From Pseudomonadota bacterium (GTDB lineage: Bacteria; Desulfobacterota; Desulfobacteria; Desulfobacterales; RPRI01), in assembly GCA_043825875.1 (NCBI GenBank), contig JBDRRF010000045.1, positions 1-64,000 of the forward strand: 64,000 nt of DNA, written 5' to 3'. A program made the position numbers and the translations under genes. Under the pieces are notes generated by a model, which worked only from the letters and a program-made list of their open reading frames with translations, was not told where the DNA came from and did not search any database. Shown here piece by piece: positions 37,970-49,214 of this stretch. Within the stretch, counting starts at the first letter, position 1, and each line of letters begins with the position of its first letter.

Positions 37970-38992
37970 TTGAAAGATTTAATAGTTAACTATATCCACA
38001 GATGGTGGGCTAAGATTAAGGGGTCTTTTATACTGAGATCCTATAGTGATATTATTTGCGATCTATCTGGTACAATAAAGAACTTTTTAACAACCATAGT
38101 AAAGTTGTTAAAGCAGATTAAACTTCTTCTATTAATTTATTCTAGTGTTACAAAGTGGTTTTTTTCGTTCTTGTCTTTTATATTTATCATTGCTGTTACT
38201 CTCAGTTGTTTGGGTTATGCTTTTGCTAGTATCAGATTAAAATGGTTTGCTTATTTTTGGGACAATTTAATTCTCACAAGCTATGCTGCTACCAAATTTA
38301 ACAACTTCTGGTGGATTATTTTGCCAATCTTTATGATTTTATCTTGGGTAGCTATACGCCCTACTGCTATTCCTTGGAGGGGTGGATGGCAGAAACGCTA
38401 TAGAATGCTGATGATTACATACATTCTTTTTTTCACTTTATTTATTTTATTCTCCTGGCTGTTCAAAGCAACTTTAACAGGAACAAAATGGTGTTGGATG
38501 TTGGTATTATTTATTGGAGTTCACTTTCTTTATCTACTAAGCATCGCTGTTTTATTAAATGTTATAAGCAAGATACCCAAACTAAATAAAGAATATACCG
38601 AATCGACAAAAAGAATTATTGGCGAGAATCAACCCGTAAAATGTATTTTGGAAATGTCGATTTATGGAAACCTGATTATGAGAATGGCTGGAAATAGCTT
38701 TGATGGAGTGATAGGGGGCATAATTGATAAAATAAATATTAAACGGGGGAGAACTTACAATACATGTAAAAAATATTTTCAAATGTCATTTCATTTTTTA
38801 TCTTTTGCAAGGATCTTTGATAGCCTTTTGGGTTGTCCATATTATGTTTACCATTTTGAATCAGTTCTAAAACATGAATTAAATATAGCAGAAATTAAAG
38901 CTCAGGATAGCATGTCTGAACATGTGATTAAAAAGGCACTCAAGGAATATGCTGTTAAAGATATATTTAATCCTAAAGCTGAGGAAAGATGA
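37970..38992 (+). CDS. Multi-pass membrane protein
   Basis: About 4 hydrophobic helices (aa 50-200) then a soluble tail; ATGA overlap with the next gene. Confidence 0.75.
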   Translation: MKDLIVNYIHRWWAKIKGSFILRSYSDIICDLSGTIKNFLTTIVKLLKQIKLLLLIYSSVTKWFFSFLSFIFIIAVTLSCLGYAFASIRLKWFAYFWDNLILTSYAATKFNNFWWIILPIFMILSWVAIRPTAIPWRGGWQKRYRMLMITYILFFTLFILFSWLFKATLTGTKWCWMLVLFIGVHFLYLLSIAVLLNVISKIPKLNKEYTESTKRIIGENQPVKCILEMSIYGNLIMRMAGNSFDGVIGGIIDKINIKRGRTYNTCKKYFQMSFHFLSFARIFDSLLGCPYYVYHFESVLKHELNIAEIKAQDSMSEHVIKKALKEYAVKDIFNPKAEER

Positions 38993-40080
38993 GCGGTATC
39001 CCTGTAGAAATAAAAAAATATATAAGGCTGAAAAAAACATATTGCGAATATCTTAGGGAAACAAAAGAAGCAAGCAAACTTCTGTGTGCCATTGAAGAAT
39101 TTGATACGCTCATAGACTATTTAGACAGCTATCAGGAATTAAATAAAATTGCCAGTGCCAAAGATCCTGACTTATTGATGGAACTAAGGCATGAAAGAGA
39201 TAATATATTTAAAAAGTATAATGGCTTGATAAAATTATTTGAGTCTTTAACAAACAATAAAATAATAGATCCTATAATCAATACTCATACCCATATAATT
39301 GACAAATACCTCAAATTCAAATCAACAATAAACGAAAGGCGTTTATCACCAGATTTTGAGATAAATGAAGAAATTTCTGCACTCTTAGAAACTTGTCTTC
39401 AAATTTTAAGCAAAGAAAGTTTGAGCAAGCTTTTTGAATCTGCATCGGAATCTATTGAGGCAACACACAAGGAATCTTTACATCAATTACCGTATCGATG
39501 GCATCGTTTTATCACTTTTCATGATAGGTCGATTTTGGAACAGTATGGTATCTTCAGGGTAAACCAGTTGGAGAGACATATCCTGTTTGCTGATATGGCA
39601 AAAAGAGAGACTACTCAAGATGACAAAAATATTGACTCAATTAATAAAGGCTTTTGGAATAAGTTGAGGGCATATCTTTTTTCATACAAAAACAATAATA
39701 GCAAAGTAGCACTAGATAGTATCTATGAAACTAAAGAACTTGATGAATATTTATTTGTTCGTGATATGCGTTCGAAGCTTTTACAAAAATTCGGTCGTTC
39801 TATTCCACTAAACATGAACAATTTCATAATTAGGTTTTATAATGAATCTCATTTTTGGGATTGGGATCATTTCAATTTAGAAAATATTGACTACCTACGT
39901 CTTGGTTTTGCTTACTTCCAGTATGCAATGGAACTGGGACATTATTCAGAATATGTAGGTATTATATACAGAAATGCATTGAAATGTTTCAATAATTACA
40001 ATCTTATATTACCTCCAGATTTAACGGAAGAATTGGGTTATATATCATATAAAGTAGAACCTGTTAATTTGATATCTTAG
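38989..40080 (+). CDS. Hypothetical helical protein
   Basis: 363-aa ORF, translationally coupled to the upstream gene. Confidence 0.75.
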   Translation: MSGIPVEIKKYIRLKKTYCEYLRETKEASKLLCAIEEFDTLIDYLDSYQELNKIASAKDPDLLMELRHERDNIFKKYNGLIKLFESLTNNKIIDPIINTHTHIIDKYLKFKSTINERRLSPDFEINEEISALLETCLQILSKESLSKLFESASESIEATHKESLHQLPYRWHRFITFHDRSILEQYGIFRVNQLERHILFADMAKRETTQDDKNIDSINKGFWNKLRAYLFSYKNNNSKVALDSIYETKELDEYLFVRDMRSKLLQKFGRSIPLNMNNFIIRFYNESHFWDWDHFNLENIDYLRLGFAYFQYAMELGHYSEYVGIIYRNALKCFNNYNLILPPDLTEELGYISYKVEPVNLIS

Positions 40081-40133
40081 GCAGAAAATCAGAACTTTAA
40101 AGCCATAATAAAATAGAAGCAATTGAGGAACTG

Positions 40134-43100
40134 ATGCCCGGTAGAGAAGTCAAAACTAACCAAGAAAAAATATTTGAAATTTCTCGTAACGTAATAGAAA
40201 TTCCTTCAAGAAACGGTATTGCTTTGGCAGGTTTTTATTTGTTCATGTATATAGGCTTGCTCATATTACTATTTTTTACTTCTCAAATACTTACAATTCC
40301 AAAATATGATTTTATTGTCGATGCAAGATTAAGTGACAACTATATATATCAATTTTCCGAACCATTCCCAAATTCCCTGAATATGCCGGAGCTACAAAAG
40401 AAATTAACCCAACCGATTGTTTCTGATATGGCCCAGGATGATGAGCATGTGTTTTTATCCACATTTGGCCATGGTATTCAATCATACAATAAAAATAATT
40501 TTTTATGGAAAACATACGACGCCAATAGTACCAACGTAGCGGTTAAGAATGATATTAAAGAGGTGCACTATCAAAAAGCATATAATGATAATAGATTGTG
40601 GACACTTAACTTTGAAGGCGGAATTTCACTAGGTAAAATAAACGGTGATAAGATAAATTTTGATTCTATCTTTGCAAGTGATTCATGGAAATATTTTACT
40701 AGAGAGGAAATTACTACAACGCTAATGTTTGATAAACATTTTGTTGCGTTTGGAACAGCATCTAAAGGTGCAGCAATTTACGATACTGATAACCATAGCT
40801 GGTACGACCTCCCGAAGATAAGGGATAAAAGAGTAAAAAAAATAATTTATAATGATAATTTACTCTGGTTTCTGACCGATCAAGGGGTTAATGTTTATCA
40901 AAAGCATAAGGTTTCAGATATAAAAAATACATTCAAACATATTCAAAAGTACCAACTTAAACAACCTAACCTGAATAATTTGAAAGCCTTTGAAAGAGAT
41001 TGTGCCATAGTGCTTACGGAGGATGGAGGGTGCTTTCTATTTAAAAAGAGATGGTCAAATAAATTACTTGGAGGAATTGCAATTCCAAATTTAACACAAG
41101 ACAATATAAGGTATTCCACTTATTGGAAAAATATGTTGGTAGTATGTGGTGAATCATTTGGGGTGGTGGCATATATACCTGAACAACGAAGTTGGAAAGT
41201 ATTATATAATGGCCCGATGGAAAATTTTACAGATTTTCAATATAATAATAATTTATTGGTTATAGCTACTATTAACGGTGTAGTTTTAATTAGTGAAAAA
41301 CAAACTATTCGATTATTGGAAGGTAATTATGTAAGAAAGATAGCCCTTTCGAATAAAGGAATATTATATTCAATTTCAAAAGATAATTCTTCTATACAAG
41401 AAATTTGCTGGTCTGATATATATGGTCTAAACCAGAAAGTACTTTTTAGTAGTGATAGGCTGCCGATTGAAAACCAGCTGATAATTAATGACGTTTTGTT
41501 TAATGATGGATCATTTTTATTAGCAACAGATGAAAATGGTGTTATAAAATATACCCTAAATGGAAGAAGGCTTGAACAGATAAATAGAACGGAATCAGGA
41601 CAAATTTATAATGCAAAAAAATTCGGGATTTCTAAAAATGATATTTTTATGTTATCCGATTATACTCTTTATAAACAAAATAAACAAACAACTTCAACTG
41701 ATTGGATAAAATTCAGAAAAGATGTAAAAAATTTTCATTTAGATACGGAAACCCATGATCTATGGGTCCAAAACAAAAATGAGAGTATAACTCATTTCAA
41801 AGGCGATGAAAATAGTGAAGAGATATGGTTTGCAGGCAAAGGCCCAAAGACACTTGATCTTTCTTCTACTAAAGGGATTATATCATCGTCTTCGCCAGGA
41901 AAATTTCGTGCATATTTTCCTGATACAATTAAAAATGAAATGAATGTATATGATTCACAGCGGGGAATTTGGCAACCTCCCTTTAAAATTCCCCACCATG
42001 AGTTTGAAATGTTCGAGATTCACGATGCAGGGTTATTTACTTTAGGAAATGATAATAGGATTTACTTAGATAAGCAAATTTTGATTGGTGATGGGAATTC
42101 TGCTAATTTTTTAAATCATGTGATGTCGATTAAACAAAAAGAGGAAAATGGAAAAATAACTGTTTATGGACAACGAGCCAAAAGTGATTATGAACCTCGA
42201 ATAGGTAAGTGGGTGCATGGACCCGATTATTCCTTTCTTCATAAAAATGAGAATATCTCAGCAGTATTTTCATCGGAATTAAATTATGATGGCAAAGAAA
42301 TAGCAAAGACTTCGTTAAATAGGGTATTGCTGATTGACAAAAAATGGGATAAAGCAACCGAAGTTGGAACATACATAAATAGTGACCAATTTGCTGGGAA
42401 GACCTTCTGGAATCTTTACGATGGAAAGCTTATTGGTCAGACAATTACAGAGTCCGAGAAAAACATCACATTAAGCCGTTTAGAATATTTCTCTGGATCT
42501 GCTCCAGATTTATCTGAGACATTGGAAACATGGCTTTCCGAATCTAAAAACCTTAATATCATATCACCATCGTATTGGCATGTTTATAATTTGGAAACAC
42601 ATTCTTGGGATAACTATCCATTACCTAATGGAAAAACGTTGAAAGCCGATTATAACGGAAATGAGCTGCAAATAATTAATGAAAATAAAATCTATTATTT
42701 ATCATCCCCTGGAAAAATTAAGCACTCATTAACGATACCATCAGGCAAATTTAAGAAATTAAATTCTTATGATGGAAATAAAGTAATAACCATTAATGGC
42801 TCAAGTAATAAAACAAATAAAACTTTTTATTATACTGAAAAAGATTGGAAACAGCTGTTGTGTGATCGATCCAGGCTTAAAGGTAAATTTAGTAATATCT
42901 CTAAAATTTTTAATCACAATAGCGCGCTTTGGGTTTCTCAATCGGGAAATTTTATTAGCCGATACAAAGATGGTTCTTGGAAAAATATTAAAATCCCAGA
43001 TGGATTCAAATTAGTATCTTTCTGGAACGGGCCTGATAATCATTTATTTTTGGTAGGCTACTTAAAGGAGTATAAAATTGCTTTGCCTTTCTATTTTTAT

Positions 43101-46100
43101 AACAATGGCAGGATTGATCCTCTTCCTGGCATTCCTCAAATAATTAAGGATACAAGGTTAGAAAACGATCGTTATCTCTGGGTTAAGGGTAATTCGAATG
43201 ATACTATTATTTTTGACCTAAATAATCCACAACAGAAAGGATTAAATCTTAATCGAGTATATGAAAACATGCAATCCAAAATAGCCTACCAATTTCTTTT
43301 TAATTTTAGTGATAAAACATTCACCATCTTGCCACTACAAGAAAGAATTGATGCAGTAAAAAAAATATTAAGGCAGAGTGAAATCAAAGAAACCCATCTT
43401 CAGAGAGATGGAAGCACCCTTAAAGTATATATGAAAACAAAAGCGGATATCTTTATTTTTGAAAATATTGATGGCCAATGGTTTTATAGTGAATCATATA
43501 CTATGAATAGGAATAATAGTTTGACCAAAACAATAATAAATTCAATTAGCGATTTTGAGCCTGTTGATCCAGCTAATTTTAACATCGAAAAAGCTGATTT
43601 CAGGATTGCACTTTCATCTATGGAAAAAAGTTTGATATCTATGTTTCTTAACAGGGGAGCACACCCGGGTCAAATATCACAAATTAAGTCAGCAGCGTTG
43701 AAATTTAATAATTTACCTGAAACTGAGGTAGTTAAAGTTGATAATGTTATAGTTAAACTGCAAAAAGATGGAATACACGGTTTCATCGAAACGTCTGGCA
43801 GAACATACCCACTGCCATTTAGAAACGGCTGTTTTGAAATTGACGATGCTATTATAGATGCAACTATTAACTCGACAGGACAGTGGGTTGCTCTAAGAAA
43901 AAACAGTTTAGCTTTTTATGAAGATAGAACTTTTAAAAAGCTAATAAATTACGGTAAATTCGATTCAATTATTTCTAAAAGTGCTTTCATAGAAACTATG
44001 GGTAACGAGTTAATTTTAAATACGCCTGATGCAGCATTTTCCATTTCTTTATCAAACGGTATGATACATTTGACTCCCTACAAAAGAAATAATAATCAAA
44101 CGATATATGCCAACTCTGTTACAGGTTTTGAAGTGGTAAAAAAGGGGGTAGATATAAACATTTTGATAAATGGTGTTTCTTTTACCGGCAGGGAAAAATT
44201 TCCTTTTGATAATATTAAGAAAATTGCTGCCTCAAAATCAAATATATACCTGATGACAGAAGGGGCAGTGTGGAAATTTTATACATCATCAGGTAACTTA
44301 GACAAATCTGAATTTTATAAAATTCCAAAGCATATAGGCAAAAACAAAACATTTTCTTTGTGTTTCAGCAAAGGTATTTATTTGAACGATGGGAATTATC
44401 TTTACCACATAGACAAGAGTTTTAGTAGGGTATCAAATAACGAATGCCCTAAAATGATTAAGGTTGCAGATGAATTAGGGTGGCAATGGTATTTTCATCA
44501 GGATGGAATTATCTATTTCAAAGCAAACAAGGATGGAAAATGGACTAAAGCAATCCGTCAAAAAAGTGGGGAGCAGTTTCTTGATGATAAATTTGAATGG
44601 TTAACTTTTTTTAATGGGCATCTTTATGCCGCTCAAGGACTGGGGATAACAATGTTCTCTAAAAACGGAAAGGAGGACATATATTATTCTGGTGAAAAAA
44701 TTGTTGAAATAAAAGAATTTAATAGATTCCTTTATGCCAAGAGTGAAAGCTCAAAGATCTATGTTCTTTCAAAAACTAACAAATGGAAAATTTGTAATGA
44801 TACATCACTAAGTAGTATTTTTAACCGATACACTCAAGTTTATTCCGATCCATTTATAATAGTAGAAAAGTTCAAGAATTCACTTAGGTTTAAAACTATA
44901 GAAGGAGATATTCTGGATTGGGATAAGAGCAAAAGAAAATTTATATCGGATATAGCAAGGGATTTTGTAGTAATAAATGATACCTTATTTATTGTTAATA
45001 GCCAAAACAACAAAATTGTTTCATTTAACTATTCTGGGCAGCGTACAGGATTTCATCTTAAAGATAAGATAATTTCAGGCTTTGAAGAACATGAAAATAA
45101 CTTCATAGCTTTATCTGATAAGGATAAATATATATTTAATCGGAAAACAACAAAATGGGAAAAATCGGATATTTCACAGATTGTAATAGCTCAAAAAGCA
45201 GGGATTCTTTTTAATAAACATTTAAACATTCCGGAAAAAAAGATTAATCCTGTTTTAAGTGGAAGAGAGGTGAAAAATTTTTGGAATAATGGGAAGTTCA
45301 CTTTTGATCAGATAGAGACTTTTGCAGCGGGAAATAATAATTGGTGGGCAATGACAAAGAGTGGCCTGATAAATGTAAATAATGGTTATGATGCACATCT
45401 AATTAAATTCTATCCTGAAATAATAAATGCCTCTCGTATGAAAATTATAAACACCGAAATATTTTTGCAAATTGGAAGTCAAATGCTTGCTTTAGACGAA
45501 AATAGCGGAAAACTATCAAATACTAACATTCCAATATTCACAAAGACAGTTTTTGACTATAGTTTTGATAGGAACAAAGGTTTTAAATGGATAATGAAAG
45601 AGGTAAGAGATACTGATCCACGACAAACATTTCTACTTAATACATCATGGCGAGAAAAAATTACGGATGTTTTTTACCATAACCGGTTTTTCTGGGACCA
45701 GGTGTACAGTGCTGCTTATGAAATGGACAAAGGATTATATTGGTTTGTAACTCCCCAAAATTTAGCAGTTAATCGGTATGATATTCAGAAAGGAGGAAAC
45801 TTTCAATTAGTTTTATTTCAAATTCCAGATGTGGGCATTGAACAGTATCCAAAGCACAGCCTTGTGGATGCTGTATTTGCTAATAATACTCTTAACATTC
45901 TTTTTGTTGATTTTAAGAACAAGAGCGAAATCAACAGAAAATGGAATTTGTCCAAATGGCAAAGTATAGAAAAAAATGATTATGCATTTTGGCATTGGGG
46001 GACTGTATATAATATAAAGGAAAATACTTGGAAACCTTTTAAGATGACTTATTCAGAATATGCATATGCCAAAGGAAATGACATGTTCAGATTTGAAGGC

Positions 46101-47798
46101 CCTGATGATTATCCCGTTTTCGCTGAGTTAGATTATCCTAAGGGTTTTGGGAGATTCTCTTTTGATTATATTAAGTCTATACATCCAATTGACAATACGG
46201 TTTGGGCAGGTACTAAAGGAGGGCTAATAAAACTAAGATATCTGTATTCTAAAGATACCAAGAGGCTTGAAATTGAAAAAATATTTTTAACGGACGATGG
46301 ATTAAACAACCTATCGATATTAAAACTTAAAGAACAAAATCAAAAAGGATTGTTGGGATTACTGACCAGAAATAAGAGTGAGAAAGAGAGTGCGCAACAG
46401 ATACAGATCCCTCTATGGACTCATGAAGAAAAATATAAAAAAGAGACACAAAAAACTTTGTTTATAAGAAACCCCCAAAACAAAATAAAATATATACTTT
46501 CTTATTACCCAGTTCTTGATGAATATATATTTTCCATTAAGCTTTCTAAAAAAGATAAAATTAATCTATTTCAATGTCTACCCATACAGAACGAAAAAAC
46601 ATTAAAAGTCAGAACTGAACATCAAAAGTATATAATTAATATAAACAAAAAGGATATTAGCTTTGATATCAAACCGTCTAACAATACACAAACATTCTCA
46701 AAGCTAAGTTTTGCAGATTTTAATAATCCAAGACCTTTTTTGATTAATTTTAATGAAGAATTCTCGTATGATAATAAGTTGAGCTGGGGCCATTTAAAAA
46801 ATGGCAAACCTGCATTTAGATCTACGGATGGTAAAATATATGAAATTATCAATCTAATTGATATCAATAACTTATATGTAAACCAAAAGGGTTTGTCTTG
46901 GAATATTTATAGTAAAAATGGGATGCTTTCATATTTTTATAACGAATTAAATGACAGGATTGAAGAAATCAAAGAAACTCAGGAGGGCTATGAATGGATA
47001 AACCATGTTCCCCCTGCAGGAACAGGAATTTCACATTACCTGCATGAAAATGATATTATTGATGAAGAAAAGGGAACTTATTCAGGTATTATAACGAACG
47101 TTGAAAGTGAATGGATAAAACTTATTGTAAAACGGAACAAAATACCTCTAACAACAATTGGCAACAAAACTGATTATCATCTTCTATTAGGAAAAACGTA
47201 TCTATTTCCTAAAAAAAGAGTCAAGATTATAAATACTATAAGAAAGCAAAAAACACCCTTGGTAATTGGAAAGCGAAATTATGATTTGAAAAATAGACTA
47301 GATAAAACCAATAAAATTCTTAACACAGAACGAGGACTTATAGCCTATACAAAAAATCAGTTTTTAGAATTTAATCTTGACCGAAAAAAAGTATTTTATT
47401 CGTCCTTTCCTTGCGATTTGCAACCTCATAATTTATGGGAAGAAAACGGTGATCTCATGATGAGTTTTGTGAAGAAAGGAGACACAGAAGAAAAAATTGA
47501 AACAGATGTATGGAAGTATCTCCCATTTTCTATGACTCCTAAAAGAACTGAAGAAATTACACCGCAAGATATTAAACAGATAAAAATAATAAATTCAAAC
47601 AGGAGATTGATGGCAGATGAACATACTGGCTTTGTAGTTGATACTGGAAGAAAAAGAAAGAAGATTGAAAAAAGTAGTGAATGGGTTTTCGATACAAAAA
47701 TAAACAAGGTTGTCAAATTTTCAAATGACAGTTCAAGAAAAGGTTACTGGATTGCAACTGATACCAGTGGGTTGATATGGAGTAAATATCCATTTTAG
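40134..47798 (+). CDS. Giant membrane-anchored beta-rich (multi-beta-propeller-like) protein
   Basis: 2554 aa; N-terminal TM (aa ~29-52); recurring propeller-like blades STFGHGI, GTASKGA, VWAGTKGGL, YWIATDTSGL, and a recurring F.FD.I motif. Confidence 0.8.
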   Translation: MPGREVKTNQEKIFEISRNVIEIPSRNGIALAGFYLFMYIGLLILLFFTSQILTIPKYDFIVDARLSDNYIYQFSEPFPNSLNMPELQKKLTQPIVSDMAQDDEHVFLSTFGHGIQSYNKNNFLWKTYDANSTNVAVKNDIKEVHYQKAYNDNRLWTLNFEGGISLGKINGDKINFDSIFASDSWKYFTREEITTTLMFDKHFVAFGTASKGAAIYDTDNHSWYDLPKIRDKRVKKIIYNDNLLWFLTDQGVNVYQKHKVSDIKNTFKHIQKYQLKQPNLNNLKAFERDCAIVLTEDGGCFLFKKRWSNKLLGGIAIPNLTQDNIRYSTYWKNMLVVCGESFGVVAYIPEQRSWKVLYNGPMENFTDFQYNNNLLVIATINGVVLISEKQTIRLLEGNYVRKIALSNKGILYSISKDNSSIQEICWSDIYGLNQKVLFSSDRLPIENQLIINDVLFNDGSFLLATDENGVIKYTLNGRRLEQINRTESGQIYNAKKFGISKNDIFMLSDYTLYKQNKQTTSTDWIKFRKDVKNFHLDTETHDLWVQNKNESITHFKGDENSEEIWFAGKGPKTLDLSSTKGIISSSSPGKFRAYFPDTIKNEMNVYDSQRGIWQPPFKIPHHEFEMFEIHDAGLFTLGNDNRIYLDKQILIGDGNSANFLNHVMSIKQKEENGKITVYGQRAKSDYEPRIGKWVHGPDYSFLHKNENISAVFSSELNYDGKEIAKTSLNRVLLIDKKWDKATEVGTYINSDQFAGKTFWNLYDGKLIGQTITESEKNITLSRLEYFSGSAPDLSETLETWLSESKNLNIISPSYWHVYNLETHSWDNYPLPNGKTLKADYNGNELQIINENKIYYLSSPGKIKHSLTIPSGKFKKLNSYDGNKVITINGSSNKTNKTFYYTEKDWKQLLCDRSRLKGKFSNISKIFNHNSALWVSQSGNFISRYKDGSWKNIKIPDGFKLVSFWNGPDNHLFLVGYLKEYKIALPFYFYNNGRIDPLPGIPQIIKDTRLENDRYLWVKGNSNDTIIFDLNNPQQKGLNLNRVYENMQSKIAYQFLFNFSDKTFTILPLQERIDAVKKILRQSEIKETHLQRDGSTLKVYMKTKADIFIFENIDGQWFYSESYTMNRNNSLTKTIINSISDFEPVDPANFNIEKADFRIALSSMEKSLISMFLNRGAHPGQISQIKSAALKFNNLPETEVVKVDNVIVKLQKDGIHGFIETSGRTYPLPFRNGCFEIDDAIIDATINSTGQWVALRKNSLAFYEDRTFKKLINYGKFDSIISKSAFIETMGNELILNTPDAAFSISLSNGMIHLTPYKRNNNQTIYANSVTGFEVVKKGVDINILINGVSFTGREKFPFDNIKKIAASKSNIYLMTEGAVWKFYTSSGNLDKSEFYKIPKHIGKNKTFSLCFSKGIYLNDGNYLYHIDKSFSRVSNNECPKMIKVADELGWQWYFHQDGIIYFKANKDGKWTKAIRQKSGEQFLDDKFEWLTFFNGHLYAAQGLGITMFSKNGKEDIYYSGEKIVEIKEFNRFLYAKSESSKIYVLSKTNKWKICNDTSLSSIFNRYTQVYSDPFIIVEKFKNSLRFKTIEGDILDWDKSKRKFISDIARDFVVINDTLFIVNSQNNKIVSFNYSGQRTGFHLKDKIISGFEEHENNFIALSDKDKYIFNRKTTKWEKSDISQIVIAQKAGILFNKHLNIPEKKINPVLSGREVKNFWNNGKFTFDQIETFAAGNNNWWAMTKSGLINVNNGYDAHLIKFYPEIINASRMKIINTEIFLQIGSQMLALDENSGKLSNTNIPIFTKTVFDYSFDRNKGFKWIMKEVRDTDPRQTFLLNTSWREKITDVFYHNRFFWDQVYSAAYEMDKGLYWFVTPQNLAVNRYDIQKGGNFQLVLFQIPDVGIEQYPKHSLVDAVFANNTLNILFVDFKNKSEINRKWNLSKWQSIEKNDYAFWHWGTVYNIKENTWKPFKMTYSEYAYAKGNDMFRFEGPDDYPVFAELDYPKGFGRFSFDYIKSIHPIDNTVWAGTKGGLIKLRYLYSKDTKRLEIEKIFLTDDGLNNLSILKLKEQNQKGLLGLLTRNKSEKESAQQIQIPLWTHEEKYKKETQKTLFIRNPQNKIKYILSYYPVLDEYIFSIKLSKKDKINLFQCLPIQNEKTLKVRTEHQKYIININKKDISFDIKPSNNTQTFSKLSFADFNNPRPFLINFNEEFSYDNKLSWGHLKNGKPAFRSTDGKIYEIINLIDINNLYVNQKGLSWNIYSKNGMLSYFYNELNDRIEEIKETQEGYEWINHVPPAGTGISHYLHENDIIDEEKGTYSGIITNVESEWIKLIVKRNKIPLTTIGNKTDYHLLLGKTYLFPKKRVKIINTIRKQKTPLVIGKRNYDLKNRLDKTNKILNTERGLIAYTKNQFLEFNLDRKKVFYSSFPCDLQPHNLWEENGDLMMSFVKKGDTEEKIETDVWKYLPFSMTPKRTEEITPQDIKQIKIINSNRRLMADEHTGFVVDTGRKRKKIEKSSEWVFDTKINKVVKFSNDSSRKGYWIATDTSGLIWSKYPF

Positions 47799-47871
47799 CT
47801 TTTAATAATATTAATAGAATCGAAACTTTTTTTAATATAATTTTTAAAACAAATAAATCGGTAACAATCAT

Positions 47872-49080
47872 ATGGTGGCAGACGAAAAAAACAATACTTG
47901 GGCAGTTCTGATGCGTAAAGCGTCTGAATGCAGCAATAACGAACCTGAAGAATGCAAGCTTAATGTATTTAATTCCGTAAAAGAAGAAAAGGCTGAACAA
48001 CAAAACTCAACAGAAATAATTAATTCGAAGAGAAGTTTTAACGGGTTTGCAGAACAATTATCAGTAAAATCCGACAAGCGCAAATATCTAAGTGAAACGG
48101 ATGCCGTAGACCATAATAGCTCTTATGTCTTCGATTCGGAAAAGCACACAAGTAAATTCTTATGGCTTTTAAAAAGTTTGATTATATATTTCTTCGTTCC
48201 CTTATTAGTCTGCATAATATTGGTAATGATAGTCAAATATTATATTAGGGATGATAATAAGATACTGACAAATATTTCCGAGAATAGTGCAAGTACGCAA
48301 GTTGATCTGGAATTGTTGAACAAAGATAAAGCAGATAATTCTGAGGAGGAAATAAATACCGAACATGTTATAAAAAATCCTGTTAATGACATTTTAAAAG
48401 GGGATGCTAATAAAAATTCTTTAACACCTTTACCTTATGGATATATAAAAAAAGATTTTAACTTAATAGCACAGCGAAAATCCGATAGTTATTTATTGGA
48501 CTCTAATATTGTGGCAGTTTTTTATCATAAGGATCTTAAAATGGCAATAGATAATAGAATGGCAATAATTGATGATAATAGAGAAAAGCTCAATGCAAGA
48601 AGATTGTTGTCATTTGAGAGAGGAGATAAAGAAGATAAGATCCTTGATGAAATGATTTTTACAGTTACACAAAAAGAAGTCGACTCTAAAATTAATGATA
48701 TTGAAAAACTAAAGGTGATCTTGGGTGCGAAATCAATAGATAATGATGAAATAAAATTTATAAAAAAAGAGATAGAAGAAAAGACAATCAACCATTCAAT
48801 TTTTTGTAAAATTGCCTTAGAAAATTTTTCCGTTTCTGAAAACACGGTTACAAAACGTATTAACCAATATTCAAAGAATTTTATATATCAACAAGAATTT
48901 TCAGATTGGGCGCTAAAAAAATATGGTACAATTTCCAATTTCAGGAAAATAGTTCGATTAAACATTGCTGAAGAGACTTATATGAAATTACTCAAACAGG
49001 AGAGTAAAGACTTCGAAACAGCAATGAAAAACATCAAAATGGATTTCATTGTTAACAGAAAGAAAGATACATTGAATTAA
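47872..49080 (+). CDS. Bitopic membrane protein with SurA-N-like C-terminal region
   Basis: TM FLWLLKSLIIYFFVPLLVCIILVMIV; C-terminal FSVSENTVTKRINQY..EFSDWALKKYGTISNFRKIVRLNIAEE resembles SurA N-terminal helices (tentative). Confidence 0.65.
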   Translation: MVADEKNNTWAVLMRKASECSNNEPEECKLNVFNSVKEEKAEQQNSTEIINSKRSFNGFAEQLSVKSDKRKYLSETDAVDHNSSYVFDSEKHTSKFLWLLKSLIIYFFVPLLVCIILVMIVKYYIRDDNKILTNISENSASTQVDLELLNKDKADNSEEEINTEHVIKNPVNDILKGDANKNSLTPLPYGYIKKDFNLIAQRKSDSYLLDSNIVAVFYHKDLKMAIDNRMAIIDDNREKLNARRLLSFERGDKEDKILDEMIFTVTQKEVDSKINDIEKLKVILGAKSIDNDEIKFIKKEIEEKTINHSIFCKIALENFSVSENTVTKRINQYSKNFIYQQEFSDWALKKYGTISNFRKIVRLNIAEETYMKLLKQESKDFETAMKNIKMDFIVNRKKDTLN

Positions 49081-49214
49081 CAAGATTGTTAAAATAAAAC
49101 ATTTGAGAAACTTTAGAAATACATACGTATATGTATACATGTGTTGTATCCTATAATTAGCTGTGCAATTTCTAAGAGCATAAAATTGGGCACACAGAAT
49201 CAGAGGAAAATAAT

